From NCBI GenBank assembly GCA_964106645.2, contig OZ067039.1: 64,000 nucleotides of DNA, one strand, 5' to 3'. The stretch comes from Podarcis pityusensis. Lineage: Eukaryota. Below the pieces are notes generated by a model that made no database searches, had not been told where the DNA came from, and saw nothing but the letters and a program-made list of their open reading frames with translations. A program made the translations under genes and the position numbers. This document shows, in pieces, positions 25,246 through 39,600 of this stretch (positions within the stretch are counted from its first letter, which is position 1; each line of letters opens with the position of its first letter).

Positions 25246-25767
25246 TAGTGTTAAAAGTGACACTGGAAATCTGTGACCAAAAGCTGTGAATTTAGAATCC
25301 AGTATCATTTATTTTTAATACTTCGGAATGAGAAAAAAGAAACTCCAAATTACAGGTTCCATTTCTGGTGTTGCAAGAAAACCAAGCGTAAGCCTTGTGG
25401 TCCCACAAATATTTAACCAATCTGCTGTGGCAGCATACACTTTTGTGGTCCACAGCTCATTTTTCTAGAAGTAGTTGCCTAAACTACTGTTGGAGTGGGG
25501 TTTGTTTGTTTTTTAACAAAGACTTTCTTATTCTCTCAAGTATTGTATTATTTTCCCCCACTAATCTCATGTGACTGAGACAGTGTCATACTGCACTCAA
25601 GGTTTCACCTCCTTTTGCATGAAGGCAAGCAGTATGTGTCTTTCTGTCCATTCTACCTGTTGTTGTTCTCTTTCTGACACTTTCTCTCCTTTCCCCCTGG
25701 GCAGACTTGACTGTCTGAATTAGGTGCTTAAGTGGAGTCAACAGAGAATGGAAACACTCCCTTGGCA

Positions 25768-25951
25768 ATGTCTCTGGGAAGACTCCTCCGACGTGCCTCT
25801 TCGAAAGCATCTGACCTCCTGACCTTAAATGCCAGCAGCAGCAGCGGTGGCGGCTCGTCTTCCGTCTTGGATGGGGGGATTATCTACTCCAAGAACAATG
25901 TATGTGTCCATCCACCTGAGATGCTGCAAGGCATCGTGGAGCATCACCCAG
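25768..25951 (+). CDS. TBC1D16: TBC1D16 first coding exon (exon starts about 25705; MSLGRLLRRASSKASDLLTL...EHHPG)
   Basis: N-terminus matches human TBC1D16; acceptor ggcag| at 25704, donor CAG|gtgag. Confidence 0.95.
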
Positions 25952-26057
25952 GTGAGGGCAGGCTGGAGACATGGGTTTGTTGTGTTGGTTTATCTCATTT
26001 TGTTTACGAGTCTCTCCCCATGAACAATCTTGAAGCAATTTAACAATAAAAGCTTCA

Positions 26058-26429
26058 TTAAGAAATTCTTAGAAGTAACAGATTAGGCTGAGGGATGGAA
26101 AAAGATTAATAAATAATGAATATTATGGATTACAATAGGAAGCAAAGATTAGAAATTCGTAATTGAAAAAAAAGAGATATTGGTGTTATAAAATATGAAA
26201 TTGGGAACTGCTAAATATGTGATATGATGAAATTCGGATTGGAGGGTGTCGAGGAAGTCTTTTAGCAATGTAAATATACTAGGAAATAAGAAGAAATAAT
26301 TCTTCTTTTATTATTTTGCTTTTATTGTTGTTATGTTTTTATGTTGTGTTAAGTGTAATGTTTTTCTTTTGTATTTATGTTTTTGTGTTATAAGAGAAAA
26401 CCAATAATTTTTTTAAAAAAAACAAACAT
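26058..26429 (+). mobile_element. AT-rich retroposed insertion (L1-like 3'UTR) next to an old L2 remnant
   Basis: 15-bp TSD acaataaaagcttca at 26043 and 26430; A-rich tail. Confidence 0.6.
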
Positions 26430-27978
26430 ACAATAAAAGCTTCAATAATGAAACAGCTATTAAATGTAGTTTCGGGTTCAAAATTGGGATAAAAATGTCC
26501 ACTTGAAAGGTTTGTTGGAAGAGGAAAGTCTTCAACGGGTGCCAAAAAGATCATAGGGATAGCATGTGTCTGACAGGTAATGGAATTCCAGAAGGTGGGT
26601 GCCGTAACACTAAAGGCTCCGACATTGTATGGAATGAATCTCATGATGAGATGGTGCCTGCAGAGCATGGTGATCAGTTGCATATACACGGGGTGAGATG
26701 ATATTTTCCGTATCGTGGTCCCAGGCGGTATAAGGCTTTGCACAGCGGTATCAGCACCTTGAACTTTTATGCTGGACTTAATGTTAAGGAAAGTTCTATG
26801 GGATACACTTTGCACACAGAAGAGTCTCTCAGTAAGCATTAATTGTTCCATAAAACCTCTCCCTTGACTTCTTACCTCTTATTCTCAATCCCGTTTCAAA
26901 GTTGCTATGGAGGGTCCACTTGGTATTCCTTGTTCTTCCCTTCTCATCTTCCTAATGTTTTATTATTTCTTACGTAAAACATCAGAGTGTCTGTGGTGGT
27001 GAATTAATAGATTTTTTTTTAAAAAAAGACCCTCCTCTTAGGGCTAAACTGCACAGGATGCAAGATTGGAATTCCCAATATTTGTTAAAAGCTTAAAAAA
27101 CAAGGGGAGCTCCCCCTTTTCCACCAGAGTCTTTTTCCCAGTTAAAATTGCATCTCTTCTCATTCCTCCAAAAAGCTGCTGGTAACTATGCTGGGGCAAG
27201 AAGAAAACAGCGTAATAAAGGAGCCAATCCTTTTCTACTCCCTACCCCACACTAATAGGGATATTTTTTTTGAGGGGGGTAGTATGATTAATCAACGTTT
27301 GCCCCACCCCTGCTTTAGTAACATCCTGAAATTCAACTAGATTCCAGCCTGACATGAGCTCTGGAGGAGTAAGTGATCTTAGGAAGTTGCCTTAATACCA
27401 AGTCAGAGTCAGTGGTCTGTCCAGCTCAGTATTGTCTAGTCTGCATGGCAGCAACTCTCCAGGGTTTCAGGCAGGAGCTTTTCCCATCAGGGATAGAACC
27501 TTGGACCTTTTGTAATCAAGGCAGATAATCCATAACCGAATGGTGGCCTTTCCTATTTTGATTTTCTAGGACTGGCATCCTTATTCTTTGGGTTGCAGTT
27601 GGCCAGAAGAGTGCTCTGGTGTTCCCTCTAGCAGATGTGAAAATGACTTGGATGTGCTGATTGAGTTGGCTATGTTTTTGCCTCTAATGCCCTGTTGGAT
27701 CCCAAACCGAGCTATTGTAGATACTAGCTGGAAAGTAAAATGCAGTCAAGAACGATGCTCAGTCAACCAAACATTGCTCCAGTGGATGAAGCAATTGGGT
27801 CTGGTTAGGGGAGGAGGAAGAAGTTGGGCTTAGGAGAGAGCTGCTCAAGAGGCAAGTGAGTGATGGGAGGAGTCCCAGTGGTAGCAGGAAACTGGAGTGC
27901 TCAGCACCCTTTCAGGATACCTGCCATTCATGAAGTTGGGGCTTGGTTGTAACTCTGGGGCACTGTGTTCTTTCATAG

Positions 27979-28606
27979 GCTATTTGTGCCTGTACATGGA
28001 GAAAGATGAGCTGCTTGGAACCACGCTTATCTTGGCCTGGGTCCCAAATTCCCGAATTCAGAGGCAGGACGAGGAGGCCCTCCGCTACATTACACCAGAG
28101 AGCTCCCCGGTCCGCAAGGCCCCCCGCAAGCGTAACCGCCATACTCAGGGTTTTGGCGCCACTATGCAGGCTTCCCCCTCCGAGCAGAAGCGAGCTGTGA
28201 CCCCAAAGGATGAAGAAGACATTCTGACCGTGTCGCAGCTGGTTAGGGATGTGGCTCACGTCAGCTGCCCTTCGGAGGAAGGGGAGAAGCTGTCCCAGGG
28301 TTGCCTGGCAACCGACAGCATCCACAGCTCGGCTCAGCCTGCCCACAGTGACTCAGGTATCTTATCGACAATCAGTTCTCTGGAGGAGCACAACCGGTTG
28401 GAGGAGTCAGTGGAAGAAGGGCTGGAGACCCACCTGGAGACTGGAGAGGACGACGAGGGCTCTTTGGAGTTGTCTGCCGATGATGTCAGCAGAGACAGCA
28501 CATTTGACTCGGACTCTGATGCCTTCTCTTCTCCATTCTGCCTCTCACCCATCAGTGAAGCCCTGGTGGAGAATGTTGGCTCCATGTTCCTGGTTAATGA
28601 AAACAG
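27979..28606 (+). CDS. TBC1D16: TBC1D16 coding exon 2 (YLCLYMEKDELLGTTLILAWVPNSRIQRQDEEALRYITPESSPVRK...)
   Basis: tcatag|GC...AACAG|gtgag; 628 nt, phase 1 to 2. Confidence 0.95.
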
Positions 28607-29968
28607 GTGAGTTTATGTTCCTTTTCTCCTTTTACGGAGTAATCAAGGAGCAAGATTATCCAGTTGTAGAACAACTATTTGTCCGGTTTTTGCCCCTGCT
28701 GAGGGGCATTCACTCTACTACTCTCAGCAGTGTGATTTTATGTATGTCTACTCAGAAGTCCTACTGAGTTCAGTGTGACTTGCTGCTGCATAAGTGTGTA
28801 TAGGATTACAGTCTATTCTTTTGCGCCTCAGAGGTGAAGGCCCTGGATTCCACTAGCTGTCCAACTGTGGTGACATGCGTTGACAGTAGTCGCTACATAT
28901 GAGATCCCATTTGGTCATTGAGATGGTAGACCCTGCTTGTTTTGAGATACCCGCTGCAATGGAGGTGTAGTTGCAAGCCGTGGTATAAGTTGCTTTGATG
29001 ACCAGGGTGTTACTTAAATATGGATCTGAATGTATGTACCTGTCTTTTTTATTAGTATTCATGTCATGTAAGGAATAGCTTTTAGCTGGCTGACAACATC
29101 GCCTTACAGCAAGTTGCTTCTTTCAGTTTGGGGGCACCTCTGTTTGATGTTATCTACAGGCAGCGACCGTTTTAGCCGTGTCCAATTGACATGCAGTTGC
29201 CAACGCATTGGTCCATTTGGACCTGGAAGAAGACAGAATGGGGACTGAATGGCTGGCAGGGCAGAATGGAGGCAGGGCACATTTATATGGGCTTTGCTGA
29301 TGCACACAGGGGCTGGGAACAGAACCCTGGCACGAAATGGTCGTCACCTGTATATCCAAGACAACTTTTACCTGTCTGAAAGATGGATGAAAGAGGAGCT
29401 CAGTTGTGTGCTTCAGTACCCTGGATATAGTCTTGGAGCTTAGGCTGGCTGTGCTACTATCCATGTAATTTAGGTTGCCAAGATTATAAATTGCCAGGCT
29501 GATTTTTCTCTCTGCTTTCCTCTAGTGCTGTTGTGCAGGAGTGGCTTGCCATGTCTTCCTGTTCCTGCGCTTCAAAATCTAGATCTTATACAACTTACCA
29601 TTCTGTGACAAACTGCAAGGCTGATTTTCTAGGGTGAAGATTTACACTTTATCAATAAAATGTGACTGAAGCCACAGCTCTCCAATTTAGTACAGTGCAC
29701 ACTGTTTTGCCCGCTCATTGTGTGGGGAGGGTGCCCTCGTGTGGCCTTTCAGTTATATTGCAAATTGGCACATGAGAAAATATTTAAAATTGCAGAAGGC
29801 TGGTTTTCAAAGCTGTTAACTTTGCATGGTTCCAAGATCCCGTGTGCTTTTTGATGCTTACTTGTCAACAGGCAGCATTCCTGTTCTGTGGGCTGTGGTT
29901 TATAGAATAAAGGCAGTCAAGGATTTCTCTTTGTTTCCAGAAGATGTTGCTGTTCAAGACATGCCTAC

Positions 29969-30108
29969 TGGATAGCCGAATTGGTTAAAGTGTGGTGCTG
30001 ATAATGCCAAGATTGCAGGTTCGATCCCAATATGGGACAACTGCACATTGCTGGTTTGGACTAGATAATCCTCAGGATCCCTTCCAACTCTACAGCTCTA
30101 TGATTCTG
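29969..30108 (+). mobile_element. tRNA-Ile-derived SINE with CR1-type tail (diverged)
   Basis: A/B-box head plus ttccaactct...ctatgattct tail; homologous to 52506-52657. Confidence 0.65.
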
Positions 30109-30232
30109 TACTGCAATCTGTGGATGTTATTCTTAGTAAACACGTTTGGAGGATTACACAGAGTAGCTGAGGTCTTTCAAGCTGTGGGATGGTGGGAGTG
30201 GGTAGGTGGTTGGGAGAGTTGTTTATTGACAT

Positions 30233-31027
30233 TGTAGCAGGAACCCCCCCACCCCAATCATTCAGTTTGTACGAACTTCACACACTCACACTCACACACT
30301 ACATATGCCACACTTCTGTTATAAATTCATAGAAAAATCAATCATACATTGGATTTGCACTGTTCCATTATTATTTTACTCCATATGACAAGGACTATCA
30401 AAGGGGGGTGGCTTGGTTCTGGTCAGCCATAATCCCTTCACCATCCCAGCACATCCACAGGAGCTCTGCCCAGTTGCTATGCCAACCCTGATGGTCCTAG
30501 ACAGAAGACCATCAAGATCACAAAGAACTTGCATATGGGAGTGGATTCAGCATGGACTGAAACAAAGGACAATGATCAGATCTTCCCTCTGGGGGCAGGA
30601 AACTGCCAACTCCCCTTTGTCTCCTGGAAGTGACTCATGGGGGGGGAAAGGAGGAACCAGCCAGGTGACAGGACACTCAGGTTACCACCACAACTCCTCC
30701 CTCAACCCCTCCTTTCTGTAATGTATGCATGATGTCAACTCCTCCTTTCTGTAATGTATGCATGATGTCAACTCCTCCTTTCTGTAATGTATGCATGATG
30801 TTTCTGGGGGTGGGCTTGACCTAGAGGATGGGAATTTCAAAGTTTTTATAAGGTCTTGCACACCATTTTTCTGGGTCTTTCCTCTCTCCTGCAAGTGAGG
30901 GGAACACCCTGTTGCAACAGTCTTTTCTTCAATAAAGACCAAGCCTACTGGCTGCTGATTTGCTTCCAATTGCTCTGGTTGGTGTCTTTGTTTTTGTCCA
31001 AGGGAGCCCTCAGATTTTCCGTTAACA
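30233..31027 (+). mobile_element. Solo LTR
   Basis: TG...CA ends, 4-bp TSD acat, AATAAA near the 3' end, internal 33-bp tandem triplication (about 30703-30801). Confidence 0.75.
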
Positions 31028-34000
31028 ACATAAAACGATTCGAACTCACTTTTCTGAAACGCTCCTTCCTTAGAATAAAAAATACAGTTAAAATAAATTG
31101 TACATTAGCTTCTTTTTTTAAGCCCCAACAAGCTTGCCAGAGAAATCAGCCAAACTTGAGTTGAACTAGGTTTTGCATTTATTAGACACCATATGCAAGG
31201 CTCTCCCAGGTTTTTCATCAGGCTTCGAGGGTCTCAGCTGAAACACAATACGGTTTTCAGGCTGCACAGATGTCTGCATCTACAGACTGGCAAGAAAGGA
31301 CTGAAGTAAAAAGATAACATCTTTAACACTTTTTCAGTTGTCCCATTCCTTTCTAGCATTGCACAATGACGCATCTCTCAGGGCTGAAATGTCAAAATCA
31401 CTTCTGGTTTACTTCACCTTTTATTCACTTTACTTTTTATTGTTATAAATGTGGTTAAAGGTTTTTAAAAATTAAATATAAGTGACTTGATCGTTCTCTT
31501 TCAAGCTCGTATACAAATCCCTGCTTCAGTAAATGTTCTTGAGCCCATGGCAAGTCCAGTAAAATTGGACAGGATGATGATGATGATGATTTCAGGTCTT
31601 TATTAAAACACAGGCTTAGATACCTTTCCAGGCCTGAAGTTTGAAATCCAACAGTGAGTTAAATATTGCTGGACTGCACTGAGAGGCTGCTCAGAGGTAA
31701 TCTCCAAAAGGAATGGTGCGTGGATGAAAACAGCTGGACGTTCATGTAATTTCAAACCTAGATCCTCTTGCACTGAATTAACTTCAACATTTGGTTGTTT
31801 GATAGTCCAAGCTATTGCTTCCAAGTGGATCTGTCAATAGGCACACAGGGTGTGGTTGGTGCTTTGCAAGTGGAGTTTTGTTCACGCCATGCTCCCAAAA
31901 TTTCAGGCGGCAGAGGGACTCCCAACCCTCCAAAGTAGATTTTGAGGGTGCAGGGGCGGGGCTATGGGGCAGGGAGGAAGGAGAGGAAGGGAAAGTCCTG
32001 TTGCACAATTGGGAGTCTGTTGCGTGCGCAGAACAGCAGGGTTGGATGCTGAGAGACATCCTTTCCCCATAAATAGCTACAGGGATGTCATCAACACAAA
32101 TCAGCAGTCCCCTGGTGCCCACCCCCATTTATTTTTTGTACAGAATATCATCTTCCTTTGCCCTGGTTTGGAAAGAGACTACGTTATTGCAGTCACCAGG
32201 GGGGCGGGGGAGATTTCATATATGAGCTGGATATGCCACACAGTCCATATGCATGAGTCTCCCTCTTCCAGTCCTTTGCTGTTACTGCTATTAAGTGAGG
32301 AAGATACTTAATCCAGGCCTCCACATATTTGTGTGGGTGTGGATTGCCCAGTTTACATATTGCTTCTTTCATGCAGCTGAACATACGAGCCAGGATGTTG
32401 TCCTTAAGCCTTGTCCGTCTTGATTCTAGGGCCTTATTAGGAGATTCCAAGAGGAAGGAAAGGGTCTTTGCCTCTGCAAGGATGTAAGGCTCCAGCTGAG
32501 AGGCCCCTGGGCTGCTCCTATCTTTCTCCTTTGTGACCTTCATGGCAGGATGCAGTTTATGTTTTCCAGTTGTATCCTGTCCTTGTTCATTTTATATTGT
32601 TCTGGGTTTGCAGGGGGCAAGGATCCTCTAAAATTCTGGGTGCCAGATTCTCCCAATTACTCTCTGAAATTACTGAATGTGGCGTTGGCTCAATGGATTT
32701 AGCAGGGCCTTCACAATAAGTCAAGGCAGCTTTCTCAGGAGATTGGCTGAGAGAGGTGCCATGAAAGCACTAAACAGATGATGGCACTGACATTACCCTG
32801 ACGAAAGGCGAGTCATTGGGACATTCAGTGTCACAAAAGAAGGGTGGGGGGTGGAGTCCCTCCCCCAGCTACTTGTTAGTTAGCAAAAGACAATAGCAGA
32901 GTTGGGAAGGGGAGGTTGCCAGGGTTACAGGGGGCATGATGTCACCACAGGAAAAAAATGTCCTTTTTGCATGAGGCTTGGGTTGCATTTTAGGAAAGGT
33001 TTTGGGCAGAAAGAAGGATGGAGCCAGTGGCCATGCAGGCTGACACATGGAGAAGCTGTGTGGAGATACAGATGACATTTGGGCTACCTTTGTACCAGGG
33101 CTGCACTGACGTGATGAGCGAGCCCCTCGTGAGATATGATGCTCGGAACCCTCTCTCCGTCCAGACTCAGATGTAAATATTTGTAAATAAACTGTATTTC
33201 ACAAAGATACTGAAGTCTCCACTATTCCTCTTTTCCCCAAAGGAAACACGGACACTGGTAAAGTGCCAAGACCCCTGGAATCTCAAACTCTGCAGTGGAG
33301 ATTGGGGTGGCCAGAAGCTATATATCTCTCTACTTATATCTATACCATCTATATCTATATCTAGCTATCTATGCCACCTTCCAGGACAAAACCCTCCCAA
33401 GGAAGTAGGCATCAAAACCATGATGCACAATATCTCAGATGATGACTCAAACTGCAATCTAAAGGAAAACATTACAACATTAAAGCAGCAGTTGCTTGTT
33501 CCATCATATGTAGGTTGATCCTTGTTTTGTCAGCAAGTTATTTTTGGAGTGGCCGCATTATACCCCTTTATGCATCATATATGAAATTTCTGGCATTCAT
33601 ACACAGTGAGAGGAGGTAGCTCATCAACTCCCTTCTCAGCACTGGCCTGCTGCTCAGTTTGGTAGCTAACCATTGGCATATGTCCATGTTTAAAGGTTTA
33701 TCCTGTATGTTCATTGTATGCACAGAGGTGGAGCCTGTCATATAGCAATCTTGGATTCTTGGGATGGTTTTTGTGTGTGTGTGCAGTGCTATGAGACACC
33801 CTTTGGTTTTCTGGTTCTCCTCCAGACGCTGCCTGGCCCTCTGGTTTGTTATTTGAACAAGGACTCCCCTTAATAGCATGTGGAGTACAGAAAAGCACAA
33901 GACCAAATAGCACACATTGCAGCTACAGAGCTGGTAAACCTGGGTTCAAAATAAACTTCCACCTGTCTTTTAACAAGCGGGGCTGCAATGTGTAATCAAG

Positions 34001-34335
34001 TTAAAATGCTGGCCACTCAAAAATGTGACCCCTGTTAATTGAACATCTGATTGTCTTTATTAAAAAAGATAAAAGTACAGTTCGTAAAATTGGAGGTGGC
34101 TTTTTAGAAGCATTTTTCTTCTAAAAGGAAAATAGATGCCTGCCAGAACATGCACTGCATTTCTTTAAAAGAAAGAAAGCGTGCTTTGTGTTTCATGCTT
34201 AGTGTGTTGTTCATCTGCAGAGTTAGTGGACTGGCTAATCAATTTATTGACAGTAATATTATTGATTGGTCAGGCAACAGCCCTAGTAGTAAGTAATATA
34301 GCTCTCCCCCCCCCCCCCGTTCTTTCTAGTGGCAG

Positions 34336-34470
34336 TGTTGCAGGAATTGGGAGTCCTGTCGTGACACTCTTCAGTAAAGACCAAGCCTACTGGCTGCTGT
34401 TTTGCTCTGGTATTCCTGGCTGGTGTCCTTGTTTTTTGTCCAAGGGAGCCCTCAGATTTCTCTGTTAACA
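34336..34470 (+). mobile_element. Internally deleted solo LTR of the same family as 30233
   Basis: TGTTGCAGG...TTAACA with TSD gcag; its 3' 100 bp is homologous to about 30930-31027. Confidence 0.7.
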
Positions 34471-36943
34471 GCAGGAATTAAGAAATGGGACGGGAGGGAT
34501 GCATGTGCCCAGGAAAAACGTGGAATCCTCAAGAGGCAGCTTCTGCGGGGTTTGGCTTGATGCAACGCTTGCATATTTCTTGCCCTTTCTGTTTCGACTC
34601 CTTTCTAGGGAGCTGGTGATTAAATTGCTTTCTTGTCCAGTTGTGTTATTGGGCAGGGAGTGTGCAAGTGTCTGTGGGACTGCAAGCAGTAACTGAGTCT
34701 GGGATGTTTCATCATGCTGTTGTGGCAATTCACCTAGGAGGCTGGTGCTGGCTGAGATCTCTGTAGAATTAAGCAGGAGATGAAATTACTGGCAGAGCAG
34801 TTGTGAGCCATAGGTATGTAATGGATGGAGAAGCAAGTGTAGGGAGCAGGGAATACCAGGCTTTCGAAATTGGCTTCTGCTGTATGATGGTGACATGGGA
34901 TTTACTTCATGCAGTCTGTGTTCCTTTGTGTTCTTTTTATAGAATCGGATTATCTCCAGCGTTGTCACCTATTCAGTCAGCATATTGATTGAAATAAAGC
35001 AATCCACAGTTCCAGAAAGGTAGCTGTGTAGGACTAATATATCGAAAACAGAGAGCCCAGGGGTACATTTGGCATGCCAAACTTGCAAACCAATCCTAAT
35101 TGCCCAATCTGTCCATAGGCTGCATTTTAAGTCATTTTAGCTCCATCCTTGCTATGTGACCCAAGGTGAGTGAGGTTAAAATAACCAGTTGATTAAGGTC
35201 CCAACGACTGTGTGTGCGCGTGTGTGTTTTTACACCAGGCAGACTCATTGACTCCTTTGTATGTCTTTGTCAATAGCTTGCCTTGCACCTACTGTAGAAT
35301 TAAGGACTGAGTTGGATAATAGAATACAGTAACAGGCTGTCAAATGTACCAAATGGGCCTATTTCAGTGAGATTATAGGGCTATGTCAGAAACAGAGAGA
35401 GGCACATCTGCATCATCAAAGGCACCTGTAAGACAAAATAAAAATCCAGGAAGGAAGTGAAGCTAAGGGATTGTACCATCTCCCCACCCCCAGGAAGGTG
35501 GTAAAATTTAAGATCAGCCACCAGTTCTCTAAAAGAACATTCCTTACACGTATCAAATAGGACAATTGGAGCAAGCTGTGCAGCAAAAATGATCTTCTTT
35601 CACCATTTCCATTTTGTTAACAATAGTGGAAGGACAATCCATCTTAAGGAGCACAACCTTGACATAAAGCACAAAGACAGAATTTCTATGTACACCTTCC
35701 TTTTTATTATGGTTTTATGCATTTACTGATGCTTCTGTTGTGCTTAACTGATACTCTATGCCTTTGCCTGTGTCAAAACTGGCTTATAACCCTAAGTAAA
35801 GATTTGATCTGATTTCTTTGTCTGTCTGTTGCCAGCAGAGGCCTGTGAAAGGAGAGTAGCTTTGTAGATGGGAGGCGATGGTGCCTTAAGCAACCCCTGT
35901 GAGGAACTGGGATCAAAACAGGAAATGTCAAAGGTATGAGCTGCCTAGCATTGTGTCAATGTTTAAACAGCGGAGAGGGATTATTTTAGATAGGCTCTGT
36001 TTCATATGGGCTCTTCCTATTACCTAAGACAAGGGAGCAGTGGTGGCTTTTGATGGATTGTTGGCAAAAGATGCAGGGTGATTGGGAATGGAAATTAATA
36101 GATTTCTATTCTTTTCAAGGTGAGACATATCCAAAGTAGACCAGTATAAGAAACAAAGTCAGTTTTGAAGGTCCACGGATTTGTCTCCCGTCTGGTGCTT
36201 TCGCTGTAAATATGGTCAAGGTCTTCTGGAAAGGAATAAGGCAATGGAAGGAGCTTTGAATGCATTGTGACATCTCTCTCTTTGTCCTCCTCCCTCACTA
36301 CCTCAACAAACCAATATGGCCCAATAGCGCTTTCTCTGCTCTACCCCATAGCCCAGTAGAATTTTTTAGCTCTCCACAGATCAGAGCTCTATAAGCATCC
36401 CTGTGAATGAATGAGAGAGAGGAAAAGATTGTCCAAATAGAAGGGACACCACACAGGGACATCACACGCTGCCTTGAGATTATATACCCTTAACAAGGTA
36501 TATAATGTGTGAGCACCTCACTTTGTCATGAAGTAGGTGGAAGTAGTTGTATCTGTTATCTCTAGAAGCTGTTCTATTTGTACAAGAGAGATGATGCAGT
36601 TCTTTCTCCAGAAGAGAAAACCTAAGGGGTTTGGTAACATTTTCCTATCAGAAATGTAAAGGTTTACTATGGCCCGGTTTGCAAGCAGTGCTAAGGCAAA
36701 CCATGGCTAAGTGTAAACAAGCAAGCACCTGAGTACGCAGAGTGAAAATTGTGGCTTTTTTGCTCCTCCACAAGCAGTAAGCCAAGAGCAAACCTTTGTT
36801 ACATCTCATGGTTTGTCTGGAGCAAAACAAATCATCAGCTCTGGTTTGACATAACACTAAGTCAGATCATGGCTGGTTCCCTGATCTAGAAACCATGGCT
36901 TTTGCAACAGGAGTGTTCTGTTGTGACTTGTAGTACAGGGATT

Positions 36944-36981
<38 letters not shown>

Positions 36982-37227
36982 ACACACATTCAACTTGTGT
37001 GCAATCAGCTTTACGCACTTAGCAAAAATAAAAATAAAATAAAAAGGGTTTGGGAATGGGGGCGGACATCTGGGAAATTCTTCAGTCCCACCCGCCACTG
37101 AACCCAATGGTGTTTTGACTATACACGATTTCACGTTTACGCCCGGTACCCAAGAACGTAACCCCTGCATAATTGGGGAGACACCTGTATCTACAGACTT
37201 CATACCCCAATGTAGCTGTATCGTTAG

Positions 37228-37571
37228 GTAAAGGTAAAGGGACCCCTGACCATTAGGTCCAGTTGTGGCTGACTCTGGGGTTGCGGCGCTCATCTCGCTT
37301 TACTGGTCGAGGGAGCCGGCGTACAGCTTCCGGGTCATGAGGCCAGCATGACTAAGCCGCTTCTGGCGAACCAGAGCAGCGCATGCAAACACCATTTACC
37401 TTCCCGCCGGAGTGGTACCTATTTATCTACTTGCACTTTGTGCTTTCGAAAGTTGGCAGGAGCAGGGACCGAGCAACGGGAGCTTACCCCGTCGCAGGGA
37501 TTCGAACCGCCAACCTTCTGATCGGCAAGTCCTAGGCTCTGTGGTTTAACCCACAGTGCCACCTGCAACCC
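37228..37571 (-). mobile_element. Sauria SINE
   Basis: (ACCTTT)n tail; 15-bp TSD tagctgtatcgttag at 37213 and 37572. Confidence 0.9.
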
Positions 37572-37665
37572 TAGCTGTATCGTTAGACTGCACCTAAAAG
37601 CTAACTGTTCCAAGGACAAAGGCATCAATAGGTGCATTCTTTCATTGCTAACATGATACTGGGAA

Positions 37666-37858
37666 AGGGGTGTATTTCAGTGGAAGAGCATTTGCCTTGC
37701 AAGCAGAAGATCCCAGGTTCAATCCCCAGCATCTCCAAATAGGGCTGGGAGAGTACCTTGTCTGAAAACCTGGACAACTGCTGCCAGTCAGTGTGGACGG
37801 TGTTGAGCTAGATGGACCAGTGGTGTTGACCTGGTACAAGGCAGTTTCCTGTGTTCCT
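37666..37858 (+). mobile_element. tRNA-derived squamate SINE (Squam3-like); older copies at about 22075-22380, 27380-27550 and 56400-56565
   Basis: A/B-box head (ggttcaatcccc) plus ctgctgccagtcagtgt...gagctagatggacca body. Confidence 0.6.
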
Positions 37859-39333
37859 AACAATGGTTTTGTACTGCAAGGCATTCCGCCCTTGCAGTAA
37901 TGGTGGAGTCTGCTTTGCCAGTGTACTCGTGGGAGAAATTTAAGTAGAACGGGGAATAATTTTCAATGAAAGGTTAGAGCTAATGTGATCAAGTCAAGTT
38001 TGTCCGCAATTACTGCACTCTAAGTAAGTTCCCAACCAGTGTAAATACAAAACTCTGTAACTATAAAGCTTAGTACAACAAAGAATACATAATAAAAACC
38101 GCACTGTCTCCGTGCAAACCATTTCAGGAATCAATACAATACTAAATTCTTAACAATTTATTATACTAGAACAAAAAAGCACAGCTATGGCGGTGGGTTT
38201 AAAATAGCAAGTCACAGTTCATTTTGTGGTTGGCTTATTGGGCTGGTGGATAAGTACAAGACTAATAGCACAGTCTAATGCATATCTACTTGAAAGAGAG
38301 TCCCATTGAGTTCAAGGGAGCTTATTCCTGGAAACTGGGTACAGACATAACACCCCCCCCGACCTGTATATGTGTGGCGCTGGGAAATCAATCAATCGAT
38401 TTAAATAAATTCAAATCTGGAAATGGCAGGACAGAGCTGGAAAGTCCTCATGGCTTGTGAGGAGACCCTCCCCAGAGCCCGATGTTTCAAAGACTTTTAA
38501 AACAAGAATTTATAGGCTCCAAAATGGCTTGCGGGGATTATCACTGCTGCTGCGCTACCCCTCTCAACAGCCATTGGACGGGAAGCTACATTGCAGCAGG
38601 CTTGGACACACTTTTCCCTGCTCTTTCTGGCAATCTGGAGGCAAAGGAACAATATGGGTTGCTTTCTCTTACGTAGGGTTCCGAAGAGCTCTGGCCTGTT
38701 TTTGTTGTAAAAGAAGAAAGAATCACCCTAGTTCCCTGCCGTGACGAGGCTCTCCACTTACACACATTTTGCTTATGTGCACGGGGGCCCAGAACGTAAC
38801 CCCCGCGTAAGTGGGGAGTCACCAGTATAGGATTGCACCCACCACTGCAGTCCTATATAGCAACCTTCCCCAACCTCATCCCCTGCCATACGTTTTAGAC
38901 CACAAATTCCATCATTGCTGGCTGGGGTTGATGAGAGGTGTAGTGCCAAACACCTGGAGCAAACATGGTTGGGCAAGGCTAGGAGTAAGTCTCATTGCAC
39001 TTCATGGGACTTACAGCACAATCCACTGTGTATCTACTCAAACAAGTTCTTTGTTCATCTTTGCTTTTTCCCACTCACCACATCACAGCACCAGCATACA
39101 GAGTGTTTCGTCCTCTTTCCCTTATCTTCCACTTCCTTTTACTTTATCTTGTATTTCCCGCTTGACATATAACACTAAGCTAAGTGTGAACACATGAGTA
39201 TATGGGTAAAGCAAAAATTGCATCCACTTCACTCCACACCCAGTCATCCTGCTACCATGCTACCTGGAGTTAAGCCCTGGTTTGGTTTAGCGTTGCTTCC
39301 AAACTTAGGCTTCTGGTTTGCCGGGCTCTAGAG

Positions 39334-39585
39334 CAGGCATGTCCAAAGTCTGTTTTAGGGGCCCAATCTGGCCCGCCACTTGGTTTAATCCAGCCCCTGT
39401 GGCAATTTATTTCCTGTGGTAAAATCCTAAAAAACCCTCAACAACTTAAATCCTAAAAAAAGGTCAACAGCTTTGGGGTAAAATCATAAAAAAGGTCAAA
39501 AACCTTGGTTGGCCCTTTGGTCGGCCCTCACGGCCCTTCACTTCATCAAATCTGGCCCTCTTTGAAAAAAGTTTGGACACCACTG
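39334..39585. mobile_element. hAT non-autonomous element
   Basis: Perfect 8-bp TSD ctctagag; CAGGCATGTCCAAA...TTTGGACACCACTG. Confidence 0.85.
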
Positions 39586-39600
39586 CTCTAGAGTCTAGGC

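Noticed and set aside
30703-30801. 33-bp direct repeats as a CRISPR-like array
   Set aside because: No spacers, eukaryotic context; simple tandem duplication inside an LTR.
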